From Diplonema japonicum (lineage: Eukaryota; Protista; Euglenozoa: Diplonemea), in contig OZ025758.1 in assembly GCA_964019335.1 (NCBI GenBank), positions 124,001-188,000 on the forward strand: a stretch of DNA of 64,000 bases, read 5' to 3'. The notes under the pieces were generated by a model. The model was not told where the DNA came from, did no database searches, and saw nothing but the letters and a program-made list of their open reading frames with translations. How positions within the stretch are numbered: position 1 is the first letter of the stretch; each line of letters opens with the position of its first letter. Shown here in pieces: positions 27,601 through 30,600 of this stretch. Made by a program: the position numbers and the translations under genes.

Positions 27601-30600
27601 GGGAGACCCGTGGAAGATGTCGACCGCGTCCTCCAAAGCTGCCGCCATGTAGGTGAGGGAGCTCATGTGGTTCGTCTCGTGCCAGTCCAGGTCGTTCTCC
27701 AACTCGGACAGGTCGCCCGTGAGCTGGCCGTTGGAGCAGGTGCGGCCCCCCGAGAGGCGCGGCATCGGGCACTGCTTCCGGTACTTTCGCCCGTCGCATC
27801 CGTCGGCCCCGTTCCTGCACACCCAGTACTCGTTCTCGATGGAGAACTGCACGAAGGCCAGACGGAAGGTTCCCCCCGTCACCTTCGAGTTCACCCCGAC
27901 CGTGTTGTCCTCCCCGGTCAGGGGAAGCGTTCGCATCCAGTCCCGCAGCATCTCCAGCATCCCGTAGTAGCCGTTCGGGTGCGACCCGAAGCGCGCGTTC
28001 ATCGACCCGCTCCCGTCCAGCACGAACGCGACGTCGAGGTCTGGGCAGCTCGAGGTCTGCACGTCCTTGCACTTCGGTGCGGGCGGCGTCACAGACGGGT
28101 CCCAGTAGCACTTCTTGTCGGCCGCGCAGTCGCAGTTGTTCGTGTGGTCGGAGCAGCGCGCCGGGTAGCAGTACGGTCCCTTGTTGTCGCTCCCCGGTCG
28201 GCACTCCGGGTCGCTCGTGCAGGCCCCCTGGTCGATCGTCCCCATCGTCGTCGGGTTCGGTCCCAGCCCGGGGTACTTCGTGTTGTGCTTCGTGGTGCAC
28301 ACGGTCGGTTGGCACGAGGCCGGCGTCGTCCCGGAGCTCCAGTGGCACCTCGGGTCGTGGTCGCACTTCACCTCGTCGTCCCCGTACTGCGGGCAGTAGT
28401 CGGGGACGCACTCGTTCTTCGTCGCGTCCCAGTGGCACAGCCCCGTCTGCCTCCCGCAGTCCGGCTGGTTCAGAGGCTGGCAGCGGTCCTGCGAGCAGAC
28501 GCTGCTCGCGGCGTTCCACGAGCAGCTGTCGCAAGCCTTGCAGTCTGCCTGCGTCCTCGCCACCGTGCACTTCTTCTCCACGCACATCACCCCCGTCCAC
28601 TCACAGTCGCTGCTCACCGCGCAGCTCCCTGGGGTCGGGTACGGGCACCGCGTGTCCCTGCACACCGAGTTCTCGCAGTCCCAGGCGCAGTTCGGGTCGC
28701 TCTTGCACGCCGCCGCGTCCGTCGTCGCCGTGCACGTCGCGACCGGCTTGCACACCGGCGGGTCCACCGCCGTGTCCCACTGGCAGTCTGCGTTCGGCGC
28801 CTTCAAACACTTCTCCCGCACGAAGATCGCTCCGCAGGGCTTCGGGTCGCACTTGGTCCCGTCCCACTTGCACAGGAGGTCCGGGTCGTTCACGCAGGCC
28901 TGCTGGTCCGTGTACTCGCACACCTTCCTCACGCACACGTTGTCCGGGGTCTTCCAGTTGCACGTGGGGTCTGCATCGCAGCAGCTCTTGTCGCAGCACT
29001 TCGCGCAGTGGGTCTCCGAGCAGGTCCCTCGGATCGCCGACTTCACCGACGACCCGCAGATGATGGTCGCGCGCTGGAGCTTGCACTTCTCACAGTCGTA
29101 CATCCCCTTGTACTGCTGCGGGATCCCCTGGCAGTTCAGCTTCGGGCAGCCGGTCCCCGACGAGCAGCTCGACAGACGCGGGGTCTGCCACTCGCACACA
29201 GGGTCGGCGTTGCACTCGTCCTTGAAACCCCAGGTCGCGCACTGGAAGTGCGTCGCGGTCACCGGAGACACCAGCACCTTTCCGAACTTCGAGGTCGGGT
29301 CGCAGAAGGGTTCCAACACCTCCCCCGGGATCTCGTCCAGCATCAGGTTCATGAAGTGGTCGTCACGCGGCGTGCTCACCAGCGGCTTCAGCTTCGCCTC
29401 CGCGTTGTCGTCCTGGAAGGTGTGGTAGCTGAACCTCCTCATGATGATCCCGAAGACCACAACGTCCTCGTCCCGAAGCTTCTGCTGCGCGTCGTCCAGA
29501 ATCCTCGGGTAGCTGGGCTTCCAGCGCGAGTCGCACCCCCTCGGGCACTGCCCGCAGGACGTCCCGGCGCTGCAGGCGTCGCCGTCGTAGTCCGTCAAAC
29601 CCCCGTCCGCGATGATGATCACCACGTGCTTCCTGTGCGGCGGGCTCTGCGAGGGGAGGAAGGTGTGGTCCGCCACGTCCATGAGGGCGTCGTGGATGTA
29701 GGTCCACTGCGACTGGTAGTTCGCCTCGTGCCAGTCGATGTCTCCCATCAGCTCGTTGATGTCTCCGGAAAGGAGACCGTCCGTGCACTGCCCGACCGCG
29801 CAGTTCGTGGGGTGGTCCTCGCTCGGCTTCGCCTCCGCCTTCGAGAACTGGATGAAGGTGAGACGGAAGCCGCCTCCCTTCGCGCTCGAGCTCGCCCCGA
29901 CCGTGTGGTCCTCCCCGGTCAGGGGAAGCGTCCTCACCCAGTCCCTCAGGGTCTCCATCAGCCCGTAGAAGCCGTGCGGGTGGTTCCCGAAGGACCTCGA
30001 CATCGACCCGGACCCGTCCAGCACGAAGGCCACGTCCAGATCCGGGCAGGTCGAGAAGGTCGTCTTCGAGCAGTGGCCGTTCGCCCCCGTCTTGTCCACC
30101 ACCCACGTGCAGGCAGGGTCCTGCACGCAGTCGCACTTCTTCCCGCTGTGCTTGTCGCACCCGGTCAGCACGCACACGTCCGGCTGCTGCCACGCGCACT
30201 TCGTGTTCCCCGCGCACGAACCCTGCGAGGTCAGCGCCCCGCACTCCGTCGGCAGGCAGATCGACGGGCTCGACGTCACGTCCCAGTGGCACGCCCTGTC
30301 TTGGTCGCACCGCAGCTCTCCCAAATGCTTCTGGCACCGGCCCTCCTCGCACTTCGACAGCGGGTCGTTCCACACGCAGAACGGGTCGTTCTCGCACTGC
30401 TGCATCGTCACGTGCTGGCACTTCTCCTGCGTGCAGTAGTCGACGAGTGTTGAAGGAGGCCCCGCCGGAGCCGGCGTCGTCAGCGGCACCCACTTGCACC
30501 CGGACTCCTGCAAGCACGTCCCCTCCTTCGTGTGCAGGCAAGCCTTCGGGTTGCACGCGGGCGCCCGCATCACGTCGAACTCGCACACGTTCAGGAAGCA

